The translations under genes and the position numbers were made by a program. DNA of 64,000 bases from Monocercomonoides exilis PA203 (Eukaryota > Protista > Preaxostyla). Positions 1-12,400 of the stretch are shown in pieces (within the stretch, counting starts at the first letter, position 1; the number at the start of each line of letters is the position of its first letter). The notes under the pieces are model-generated. The model saw nothing but the letters and a program-made list of their open reading frames with translations, did not search any database and had not been told where the DNA came from. Location: positions 496,001-560,000 of the forward strand of contig LSRY02000036.1 in the NCBI GenBank assembly GCA_001643675.2, read 5' to 3'.

Positions 1-3000
1 AAAATCGGTTGAGATTGAAAACAGTTTTTTTAATTCTTGTAATGCTCAAAGCCATGCTGGAGGGGGATTATACGCTTTCTTGATATCAACTTGTGTTCGG
101 ATCTGTGGATGCGAATTTCAGAATTGTCAAGCAAAAGAATGTGGAGGAGGGCTTTATCTTGGTGATTTCCAAGTTTCAGGAACAGGATGCATTGAAGACG
201 AAAACGAAGGAGGTGAAATGGAATGCATCTTTGAGTGTAACTTTATTTCTTGTTTTGTGATAAAGAATTGGGAGGGGGTATGTATTGTGATAATGTTCCC
301 GCTGCATTTAATATGAGAAGCATTCAATTTGTCTATTGCACAGCAGTAGGGACTGGTGGAGGATTTCATTTTTATATAAATCAAACAGAAGTGTTATATG
401 GAACAAATATATGTTATTACCTATTCTTTCATGAATGCAAATGCAAAGCTGAACCTCCATATGGTCATGACATTATGTTTTATGATTATCAAAAAATCTA
501 TTTGAACTCAAGAAATCCGTTCTATGAAAGCTACACAACAAACACAGATGATCAGAGAGTGTGCTATGGATTTTGGTTCAGTGAAGTGGAATATCAGCAC
601 ACTCAAAAGAAGTGGTGGCTTAAGGACAAGACAGTTTATGTCTCTGTGAATGGAAATGATTTGTATGAGCCGTGTGGGGCGAATGAATCAAATCCGTGCA
701 AAACAGTGAAGAAGGCGTTTGAAATGTGTGAGGTGCAGATTAGCTTGGCAATCACACTGATGAAAGGGAATCATGTGAGTGAGGCAACAACAGTTGCGAT
801 TGGAACAAAGAAGATTTCAGTCATTGGGAAAGGGAGGGCGGAGAGTTCGATTGGAACAGGAGCCCTTTCATCAACCGGATCGCTGTTCAGCGTGTCAACA
901 GGTCATCTTGGAATGAGTCATTTGAAAGTCGATTGTAACTCAAATATAAATCCTTCTTCGCCGAGCGTGGTTGTGGTGTCTGATGGAGGTGGGTCACTCT
1001 CGTTGGAGGATGTTGTGATCACCACGAGCAAAACAGGAAACGATGTGATGTCGTCGTCAGTGTTTGTGGTGGCGCTGTCACAGCTGTCGATGGTTGATGT
1101 GGAGATTAAAGATTTGAATGTATCAAAACCATTGTTCTCTGAGCCGGATCTATCTTCTTCTTCTTCTTCTTCATTGTCTTCATCTGCACTGTATCTGACA
1201 GCCACAGAATCAGGAGACAGCAAGCTGGCAAATGTGAAGGTGATGAATGTGAAGTTGACTGAAGGAGATGGGGTTGTTGTGTCAAGGAATGTGAAGGCTG
1301 GAGAGACATTTGAGGTCAAGAATATGACAATCGAAGATTGTGAGTGTGAGAATGGCAGTGGTGGTGGGATCAAAGTTGATTTGTTATCGCCAACAAGCAA
1401 GCTTCAAGTTGAAATATCAACAACTTTCAACAGATGCGCATGTGGTAAATATGGAGGAGGGATTGATGTATCTGTCTAACAACTCGATTGACTTTTCGAT
1501 TGTGTCAGTTGACTTTTCAGGATGTTCAGCTTTATTGGGAGGGAATTATGTGCTTGTGAATGGGAGCAATTCAGCGAGCTGGGCAATAACAACAGAAAAG
1601 CTGAATGTACAACATGACAATTCAAAATACAATGAGATTGTGGGATTCGATCGGAGTGACTCGACAATGGGGCTGTTCCCACTGAATGTGTATTTGGATG
1701 AACATGAAGAATCAGCACATGTGGGGAAGGGGAAGGATGGGCTGGGCGGATACGACATGTGGTTCTGTGGGTTTGATTATTATCCGTGTGCCACCATCAC
1801 GCATGCAGCGCAGGTGAGATATGCAGACACAAACAAGAAGATCGAATTGGATTCAGGATTTGAGCTTGTTGAGGCAGTTGGAATGACAGATGGCCAGGAA
1901 TGGGAGATTTCATGTGTCACAAAAGGGACGGCAATCGAGGTGAAAGCACCAGAGCATTTTGAGTCATCTTGTCTGATTGAGGTTCAGAGCAAGTGTTCCA
2001 TGAGAAACATCAAGTTGAATATTCCATCTGCTCTATCTGGCGCAACATCATCATCTCTGATCACATCCAACTCCACACTCCTCATACTCATTGACTGTTC
2101 TGTTGCTTGTTCCTCTGAGAATCCCATTGGATATTGCTTTGTGAATGTGATTGGTGGGAAAGTGAAAGTGGAGGGATTGGTGATCACAGAGACATTGAGA
2201 TTTGGAGAACATTCAGTGATTGAGTTTGGTGAAGGGGTGGAATCTTTTGTGTTTTGTGGATGTGAGGTGAACAACATTGAGAAGAGAAGTGGAGATGGAG
2301 GATGGGTGAGTGGAGTGGTTGGGGCAGAGAGAGATGAGGGGAAGAATGGGATGATTGTGATTGAGTCGTGTGTTGTGAAGGGGTGCAGGTGTGTTGGTGG
2401 AAGAGGAGGAGGGATGAGTGTTGTTGTGAAAGGGGAAGGGAGTGTTGTTGTGAATGGGAGTTGTGTGATTGATGGGTGCGAGGCGAAGGGTTCAGTGGAG
2501 AGTTCAGGTGGGAAAAGTGAAGGGAGAGGGGGAGGGATGATGATTGTGATGGAGAGCAGGGATGGTTCAATGAAAATGGAATCGGGAAGAGAGGGTTTGT
2601 TTGTGTTTGGAGAGAATAACAAAGCTTCATATGGGAAGGATGTGTTTGTTGAATGTGGTGGAGGAGTGTTGTTGGAGTCAAAAGTGAATGGGAGCTCATT
2701 TTCATTTTTTGATTCAAGTGCGATTCCATCGGATGTGTTGAAGTTGTGTGGGAGTGAGGATGGGAGAGAAGGGGAAGTGATTCCGCTGTTTGTGTATTTA
2801 TGTTCAATTGGATCGAAGTTGAGAGTTGATGGGAGAGGAGAGAGGGCACTGGATCAGAGCCATTGTGGGTTTGAGGAGTTTGGATGCTTGACGATTGACT
2901 ATTGTGTGAGCAAGAGGGCGAACAGCACCATTCATGAAATCGAAGTTGCCTCTGAATCATCGATAAAAAATGAAATGAAAGTGGCTTCTTTTGAGGTGAG

Positions 3001-6000
3001 TTTGTGTGGGAAAGAAGAGGGGATAAAGGTGATTGTGAGAGATGAAGGATCAATGAATCAAAACTGGATGATCGAATGCACAAAATCATTTGAGATGGGA
3101 AATTTGTCATTTGTGTTGAATGAAGGGATGAACGGGAGGAGAAGTGCATTTATCTACTCCTCATCAGCAATCATCATTATCACCAGCTGTTTTGTCTCGT
3201 TTGCAAATAATGATATGATCGGATACAATGTGATTTGTATTGAGGGAGGAGGGTTGGTTGTGAATGGATTTGTGATGGAAGAGGGAATGACAGTGAATGG
3301 GAAATCACCAATAGTGGTCACAAATGGAGCTCAATTGGAGATGAATAACAGCCGAATGAGCGGAATGGAAGTTGTTGGTGGGAGCGGAGGAGGAGGATGT
3401 TTGAGTGTGGAGATGGGAATTAATGGAATTGTTAATATTGAAGAATCTAATTTGTCATCAGTGTGTTCAGGTGGAAGTGGGATGAAAGGAGGAGGGATGA
3501 AGATATCGGTGGGGAAGGGAGGGAGTTTGGAAATGAAAAATGTGAAATATTCTGGGTGTGAAGTGCCAAGAGGGGATGTTGAGGATGGAGGAAGAGGAAT
3601 GGGAGGAGGGATGTTTGTAAAACTGCCAGATGAAATGGGAACATTTGTTATGGAAGGAATGATATTTGTTGGGTGCAATGCGTGGAAAGGGAAGAATGTG
3701 TTTGTGTCAGGATGGGATCTGAGAGAGATTGTGAGCGAGGAGCACTTGAAATGGGAGATAAAGGAAGAGGAGTTGGGATCATTGGATGAGCTGCGTGGAT
3801 GGGAGAGGATGACAGCAGGAGAAGAAAATGTGATTCCACTGGTTGTGTATTTGTGGAGGAACTGGAGTGGGGATGGGTTTGTTTCAGTTGAGAATGGAGG
3901 AGACTTCAGTGGGTGTGGGTATTCAGAAGCACCATGCTCATCGATTGACTTCTTGATATCACTTCGATATCCAACACTTGGAGAAGGGGAGACACATATT
4001 GCTATTGTGGATTCTGGATTATTGAGCCATTCCATATCATTTTCATTTTCTTCTTCTTCTTCTTCTTCTTCAATTTCAGAGTCACCAAAAGTGGTGATTG
4101 AAGGGACAAAGAAAGGAACAAGTGTGACAATCAGTGATGAAGAAGAGAATGTTTCAAAAGATTCAATGATTTCATCGAATGTGAGTCTGTCATTTGTGAA
4201 TGTGTCATTCACCAAGCCAGCCACCGCAACCCATCATGAAGTGTTGATTGAATCCTCTGGAACAAACACATTATTGTCTGTCTCTGATTGTTCATTTGGG
4301 CCAGGGAGAGGGGTGACAGAAAGTTTTGGATATTGTGTGATGAGAGTGAATGGGGGGAGTGTTGTGATTGAGAGGAGCTCTTTGAGTTTGATTTCAGAGT
4401 TGAAAGGGTTCATCACATTCAGTCCAAGTGCAGGTGAGGTGACTATTCAGAATGTGAACATTTCATTTGCTGGAGTGATTGCAAGAGGCCTGATTTCGAT
4501 GATTGAAGAGGAAAATCAGATGAATGGAAATGAAAATACTCATTCAAATGGGAACAGGCCAGTTTTGAGAGTTGTTGGGTGTTTATTTACCAACATCACA
4601 AACGAATGGAATGGAGCGAGTGCCATTGATGTGGGATCATATGAGCATGGAGTGGAGTGTGTGATGGATGAGTGTTCGATGTCGAGTTGCAAGAGTGGTT
4701 TGAGCATTGAAGGAGGGGGAATGAGAGTGGTGCTGAAGAGTGGGGAATCGGTGTTGAAAGTGAATGGGAGTTCGTTTTCGATATGCAAGTGCTCGAGTGA
4801 GACAGGGTGTGGAGGAGGATTGTTTATTGATGGATTTGACCAGAATGTCAATTATGGAAATGAGAGTCAGATTCCGCCTCTGAATTTCAAGATCGTCAAT
4901 GTCTTATTTTATGTAAACGAAGCATTTGTGGGGAAAGACATATTCGTCAGATGCTTCTCGATTGCTCATCAGATCAACGAAACACTGTTTGCACTGAACT
5001 ACAACCAGGAATCATTGAACTCAAACAACTCCATCTGCGGGAGCGATTTAAAAGGGAATACCGATATGGATCTGATTCCGCTGATCACATATTATTATTC
5101 GGAACAGGTGTTTCTAAGTGCAATAGGGAGTGATAGCAGACGATGCGGGGCTCAGAGCTATCCATGCATGAGCATCAACTGTGGGGTTGATCACATCCAG
5201 GAAGGAGTGATGAATGCGATTCTGATTGACGGAGAAGGAGTTGTTTCGGGCGAATGTGTGATTTCAGATTTGAATGTGAACTCGTACAAAAAGTCTCAGG
5301 CGATTGTGAAATTGAAATCCAAGATTGAGAAATCGTTTGAAAAGGATTGCATCATGGAGTTTATAAATGAAAGCGCTGTGGAGAGATGCTCGTTCGAGTT
5401 TGAAGATACATTTGTGGCGACTCACAGCTACATAATGAAAGTGAAGAATGGATCAACAGAGATCCATAAATGTGAATTCTTCTCCTCTTCAACCGCAGTT
5501 GAGTTGCAGCTGAACAGTTCAGTTGTGAGCGTAGTAAGCGGAGAGCTGAGGATATTTAATTCAGCATTTAGGGATATTCATTCAATATCATCAGTATTTT
5601 TATTCAACAAAGTTTCGAATGTGACGCTGCTTGAAACGAGCATTTCAAATTTCAACTGCAAGGAGGATGTTGTGAGTGTTGGAGGAAAAGCGAATGTGGT
5701 AATGAAGATCATGATGATTGAGAATGTGACTCTACTTGATGGAGGGAGTGCTATTGGGATGGAACATGCTGAGCAAGAGGTGATTGTGCTAAACTGCTCG
5801 TTTGGAAAATGCGCGAATTCGAAGGATAAGGGAAGTGTGATGAAGATAAGACGATCCAAGGATGTGAAGGTTGAGATATGCGTGTTTGATGGAGAAAAAG
5901 AAATCGAGGTTATCAATGAAGAAAACAATAGAAGAGAGGGATTATGCAAATGGAATGGATCATTGGTTGATGTTGAGAAGAGCAACGTTGAGATGAGGGA

Positions 6001-8014
6001 AACAACAATCAGAAACAGCAAGGCAGGAGGATTTCATGTGAGCGGAGGGAATGTGAAAATAGAGAAAGTGGAATTTGAGAACAACAATCCTTTCATTGCA
6101 AAATATCCATCGCTTCGTCGAAATATCATATGTTCGGATTCTGCTTCGCTGACCATTTCGAGCTTGAAGGGAGGAGATGGGGTGATGCCCAATTCTTCGC
6201 TGTGGATTCTGGATGATGGATGCAGCCTGGAAGGGATGGCAGGAGAAAGGGAATCGCCCTTCTTCGTTCCCAAGCTGGAAGGGGCTTCGGCCAGCGAAAA
6301 TGGAGGAGGAACAGAAATTCAATTCAAGGGAGCGCTTCTTCTGCCATGTGATTTGTCATTCCGACTGATTTTGTCAGCTGGAGATACAGACCTGATTGAG
6401 ACATATCATTTTGAAGAAGATGGGTTTGTGAGTGAAGCGGAAGCAGTTGGGATGGTGCCTTCGAGAAATCTTTCGTCGATCCCAGATGAAACGGAGGTGT
6501 CTGTGATGATTGTGTATGGAAAGCGGTTGTCTGCAACTGATGCATTTGTTCTGAAGAACAGAAGCGAGCCCAAGGCAAATGGGGAGGAAAGGATTGTTGA
6601 AGGAGGAAAAGAAGGGAAATCTTATTGGTTGTTGATTGTTTGCATTGTGATTGTTGTAATACTGCTTGTGGTCATTATTGTTCTGGCTGTTCGATGGAAG
6701 AAGGTGAAGAATGAAGCTGAAGATCTGAGAGAGATTGTGAATGATAACATCAGAAAAGATCCGAAGGCATTTGAGATGGTGACTATGGAGATGTCGCCAG
6801 AGGAGCAGTGGAGGAGAGCAGAAAGGGAAGCAGAGAAGAAGAACGATGAGAGAATCAAGAAGAGGGTGTACGAGAAAAGCTTGGGACATTCGGAGTCATC
6901 AGAGCATTTATTGAGTGAGAGTGGTTCCACTGAATACATTTTGGGAAGAGATTCAGACAAGATTCCTGAATGGATGCTGGAGAAGGTTGATGAGAAAGAA
7001 GAAGAAGAGACAAGAAAGCGAACACCTTCACCTTCCATTTCGTCTATTTCATCCACTACAACAACTGACTCAGATTCAACATTTGTTCGAGGGGAAGATC
7101 TGTGTCCAACCACCTCATCGATGTCGAATCTGGTGGATGCAATGGCCTGCTCTTCACCACATGAGAAATTGATTGTGGATCTGAGGGATTCGCTGTTCAT
7201 GCTGCTTCATGGGAGGAATGAGAAGAAGGAGATGGCGATAGGCACTCTGAAGGAAAGAGAGCAGACAGCTGCCCAGGTCTTGTTCTGGGTGGCCAATCTT
7301 GCGCTTCACTCATTTTCCGAGATGGACAACCCTCTTCAGTCACTTGTCAATCTGAGCCCACACATTGTGCTGTTCTCTGAGCATATGGTCATCTGCATTG
7401 TGATGCACTCCGACTTCTCTTCTGACGATGATTCGGATTCATCATCCATCTCCTCGTCAACTGTTGCGACATCTGCCAGTGATGAGGAGGAGGAGGAGGA
7501 TGACTCTCTGCCCTCGTCTGCATTTGAGGATGAGGATGACAATTTCAAGAAGGAGTGCCTGAGGTGGAAGGCGCCAGAGCTGCAGATGAACAAGAAGATG
7601 GGGGCAACAGAGAAGTCGGTGGCATTCTCGGTCGGGATGATGCTGTGGGAGTGCCTGACGCTCCAGATCCCGTTCGGGGAGTATGAGGCAGAGGCAGCTG
7701 GGCAGAAGATTGTGAATGGAGAAGTGCCGAATGTGGGGCTGGTGAAGGACACACCATATTTGGAGTTTTGGAGGCTGTGTATCTCGTGGAATGAGGCAGA
7801 CAGGCCTTCTCTGAGCGGGATGAAGCGAGAGCTGATTGGGCACTTTCCAGCTGGGGCAGTGATGGTGACGCAGACAGATGCAATCTGCGATTCTTTGCGA
7901 GACGAAGACGAAGAGGAAGAGGAAGAAGAGGAAGAAGAGGAAGAAGAGGAAGAAGATGGGATAAGCGAATCGATAAGCAAAGAAGAAGGGAGGAAAAGCC
8001 GAAAATACTTGTGA
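1..8014 (+). CDS. Giant receptor-like surface protein (5'-truncated by the window): repeated Cys-rich parallel beta-helix modules, one TM helix, C-terminal TKL-like pseudokinase and poly-Glu tail; two apparent frameshifts (~270 and ~1462)
   Basis: The frame from position 2 is open (KSVEIENSFFNSCNAQSHAGGGLY...) and joins ORFs 250..1479 and 1340..8014 at GGG-motif junctions. It has five CGxxxxPCx(T/S)-type module starts, recurrent GGG(L/I/M) and NxAxxGxDxF motifs, TM YWLLIVCIVIVVILLVVIIVLAV (~6622-6690), and kinase subdomain VIII-XI remnants WKAPEL...GMMLWECLTLQIPF...DRPSL. Confidence 0.8.
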
Positions 8015-8328
8015 TGATGGTCGTATTGGTTGGCATTCTTTTGAGAAGGGCTTTCTTTGCTTTCTTCTTTGAGTATTATTCGTTGAATGGGAAGTGGAGA
8101 GCAGGATGTGAATTATCCCAGTGAGTTCAGTCTGCTTTCCATTTTTCGACTTTCTTCGAATCAGAATCAAAATGTTTCAAAAACAATTTTTTATTTTTCT
8201 CATTTTGACTTTTGTTTTCAATTTTTTGTGGAAGTTGCGTGTATTTTATGGTGCTTTTAGCACCATTTTTTCGGTTAATAACAACATAAGGATAATTCTC
8301 ACAAGATGAATTGCAATGAAACAGTTTC
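6082..8328 (+). repeat. Arm 1 of a ~2.25-kb long inverted repeat (C-terminal ~640 codons plus ~310 bp 3' flank); partner at 23156..25411
   Basis: From AACAATCCTTTCATTGCAAAATATCC to ...GCAATGAAACAGTTTC the sequence matches the reverse complement of 23156..25411 with scattered substitutions and small indels. The antisense shadow ORFs are also duplicated. Confidence 0.95.
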
Positions 8329-9403
8329 GGCATGATCCTAAGATGTTGTCATCCGCAAAACGCACTTATTCATAATTGTTTTATCTTTTTATCATATTTC
8401 AAGAACGAATATATTTGCGTTGTATGTCTGAAATGTGTTTTTTTCGAATTTAAAATGATACACAATTATTTGGAATATTTTGTTTTAAAGGTAATAATCA
8501 AAAAAAATTTCATATTAAAAATGAAGTTAAGTTCTTTGAAAAGGAGGAATAAAAAAATAATTAAAATGAACTTTTATTCGAAAAATGAATGGAAAAATTT
8601 ATCGCAAATTTTTGTTAAACACAAACAAATGTGTTTTCAGATAAAAAAATAATGAATTCATTATCTGAGATAATTAAAGAGTTTCTTTTTGAAACCTAAA
8701 ATGTTGAATCAACTGATTTTTTTATGTCATTTTTTGCATTCGTCTGATCTGATTATTTTCGAAAGAAATAAATCGTTCAATAACTCAAAAATTAACCAAA
8801 AAATTTTCTATTCACTTGAAATAAAAATATCTTTGTTCTCAAAAACAAAAGGCTTCCGAAAAATTGCAACAGTCTTTCATTTGCACATTTAATGCAATTA
8901 TATTAGTGACAAATTTTCTTTAAGATCCAAAGATGAAGATATCTTCGGATTATACCAAATAAAATTCTTATTTGCATTTCTTCGAATGTATTTATTTCAA
9001 CACATTTGTAAAAAAAAATTGTGAATATTGTGCTCCATGCAGATATTGGTTAGACTTCATTTGAAAATAACAATATGAAATCTACATCTCAAGAATGAAG
9101 TTAAAATCATCTACTTTTAAAAAGACAAATTTCAAATAAGAAAAAAAATCTCAAAAGAATTATTAAAAATAAAAAATGTTAAGCAACCATTAAAGTTTTA
9201 ATTAATCTTTGAAATAAATGAGACTCATTTTATTAAACATACATGATTTAACAAAAAAAATAAAAAATAAACATTTAAAAAACGCCGCTAAACAGTAATC
9301 TCTTTAAACAACAGTTAAAGAAGTTTATTAAAAACAAATATTTAATCACAAAAGAGCAAATAGAGAAATTCTAATTTTATAAAGTTAAACGCCGTATGCA
9401 CTA

Positions 9404-12400
9404 TTAATTAGAGTTCTCAGTCAGCTTCATGTTTAAATAATCATCTTTCCTCGTTTTCTTTTTCTTTTGCCTCACAATGCAAACGACAGCAATAGCAACA
9501 GCCACACCAACAACAGCCACAGATCCAACAACAATACCTGCGATTGCACCTCCAGATAATCTCTTCTTCGCTGGCTTGTCTTCTTCTTTTGGTAATGGAG
9601 GCATCACGGGATATTTCACACATTTATCTTCCTTGTTTCTGTAATATCCATTCGCACAGCGAGCAAACGCACACTCACTTGTAAACTTCCCTTGCTTGCA
9701 TGGATTTCCATAAACTGCATTTGCATCTTCACCGGGAACTGCGCACGATTCATTCACTTTCACCTGCCAATCATAGCAAACATCAAAATACTTCTTCACC
9801 TTCTCCACAAGAGAAATATAACTATCAGGATCCAATTGTACTTCAATACTGGGATAGAATGGATAGACCTCGTCTGGCTTTACGATTTTGTATTCGAGCT
9901 GTTCGTCTGATTTCTTCCAATCAAAGGAATAGCTTGTCATCATTGCAAAAGTCATTTGTGTTCCAGATCGAGGGAATTTTGAAGGCCAGCCTTCAATTGA
10001 ATTAACTTCATCCCGATATACATCAATAGCTTCGGAAGATATAACATTTCCTGCTGCAAACGATGCAATATCATAATCAATATCTTTGTGCGTCAACTGA
10101 CCTCCAATTCCGATTACCTTTGCCAATTGTGCCTCTTTCACATGTTTCAAGAATTGAGAGCACGTTGAGCCGCATTCACCATCTGTAATGAACATCAGGT
10201 CGTTTGGATCAAACAAATTCTTGCCATACAACGAAGAAGGAATGTTAGAGCCAATATATTCGTACAACAATCTATCAGAGTTAATTGCATAAGAGCCACT
10301 CCATGTTTGAGTGCGTTCTTTTCCTCCAATGTTTGTCTTCTTCTCGCTAGTTGGTAAGTTCGTAACATCATCGATAAAGTCCATAGTTTCATAGTCCGTA
10401 AATATCAGGTACTTTCTATCTGCCATCATTTTTGCTATGTAATCTGTTGCATTTGAACGGACATAGTTATAGCGCGGATTAATTGGATATTCCTCAGGGA
10501 ACAAGAAATGAAACAGCTGTGCTCCCAGATAAATAATTCCACCACCGTTATTTCGCACATCAAACACCATCTTGTAATTGTTTTCTTTCGCTTCTTGCAC
10601 AACTTTCACAAGAATATCCATGAACTTTACGAAATCTTCTTCAGTTTGTGGACTAAAGCTTCTGATGTGGCAGTATCCGATTTTCCATTCAGGAATAGCA
10701 ACTGCATGAATACTGCCAAGTAAAGTACCAATTTCTTTCACCTCAACCTCATTTGCTAAATGTGATTGTTCCATTTTCGATTTGCCAGCCATTCTCAGGT
10801 TTTCTTTCTCGATCATTCTCTGCAGCGACTGCACAGCAGGAGGGAGAAGTTGTTGAAGCGGCTGATGCAAAATGCGATCCTTTGCAATCAACTCGCGAAG
10901 GGGCTTATTTTCCATAAACTTCTCGAAAGCCTTCACGAATTGAGTGTTGTTTGCGTATTCTTCTCTTATTTTTTGGATCCTTTCCTCATCTTGTTTCTTC
11001 AGTTGATCTTTGCTCATTTGAACAAGCGATTTGTATTCTTCAATTAATTTTTCCTGTGGCATCTTTGTAGATTGGATCAAACGCTGAAGTTGTTGACGTT
11101 CTTCATTATTTGTCGCTTTCCATTCTGCTTCATCATTTGATGCAGAACCGTCCGCCTTGCAATAATCGCCATATAACATCTGAGACCCTGTAATATTTGA
11201 TGTTGAGACTCCATACCAATACAGCGGAATTGTCTCTGTTCCTCCATCCTCTGTTTTCAGTGTAACATTCACACTCACATCAACAATTGTATTGTATGTA
11301 GGAGAGCGAATAAAAAACATCTGATCCAATCCATAATTCAGCCGGGCTGCTGGTGTTCGAGATAATGGTACGTTTTCATCGCACCACCGAGCAATGGTCA
11401 CTTCTGGTTTCTCATTCTCCACTTCATTGAAATCACTCATTGTAATTTTTGTAACGATTCTGTCTTTGAAGCTTCTTCCTATATCATTGACATAATAATT
11501 AGTCACAAAAGGCAACATTTCCGCCAATTTTACTGTTATTTCTTCTGGCTTTGAAGGATCTGAAACCTCAAATTTGAAACTGTATGGCAACATAAAAGCA
11601 AATGGCTGAGAACATGGGAAATGGTAAATCGTATGAGCATCCTTCAATTTCGCGAAAGCTTTTCCAATTGCATTGTGGAAATCCAACCCAGATGAAAATT
11701 CTGCTTCCTCTATTTTGTCCAGTTCTCCAAGAATGTCATATTTATTGTTCTCAAAGGGTTTTGGTGGATCAGCTGTCGTGTCTCTGTAGGCATACACTGA
11801 TAAATATTCTCTAAGTGTTTTTAATGTCTTGGTTGCCTCAGTCTTGTCGTATGGAAGCTGCTTCAAACAATCTATGATGCGATCAGCGCGCCCAGGCACC
11901 ATTTGGGGAAATACACATACAGTTGGATCTTCTTGGTATTTTGCAGGCCCCATCGATGGTCTCTTCTGGCAGTTACCATCTTTATCCGCATAGAATCCTC
12001 GCTCGCAACGAGAAAATTTGCACTGATCTTTATCGAATTTTCCTCCAACGCATGGATTTCCATAAACTTCATGCTTATTATTGGCTGGGATCTGACATGC
12101 ATAGTTGTCTTTGACTTCCCAATCGTAGCACTTATCAAAAATTGGCTTGATTTGTGTAACAGTATCAACAATCCCTTCAACACTAAAACTATTAACCAAA
12201 TCTGCATAAATTGGAATAATTTCGTCCGGTTGAACAATCTTGAACTCTGGCTCTTCATCTGGAGTGCTCCAGTCAAAGCTGTATGCAGTTGAAAGTGTCA
12301 TTCTGATGTCTGAAGTTAAACGAGGCAATTTTCCTGGATACGGAAATACATTCTCATTCGTTAAATTCTTAAATTCAGCTTTTCCGTTCATTGCTTCGCT

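Noticed and set aside
918-8170. Many long antisense/alternate-frame ORFs (e.g. 2184..3149, 7336..7980, 7457..8170 and their twins at 23317..25693)
   Set aside because: Shadows of purine-rich, low-complexity coding sequence; duplicated only because the repeat is
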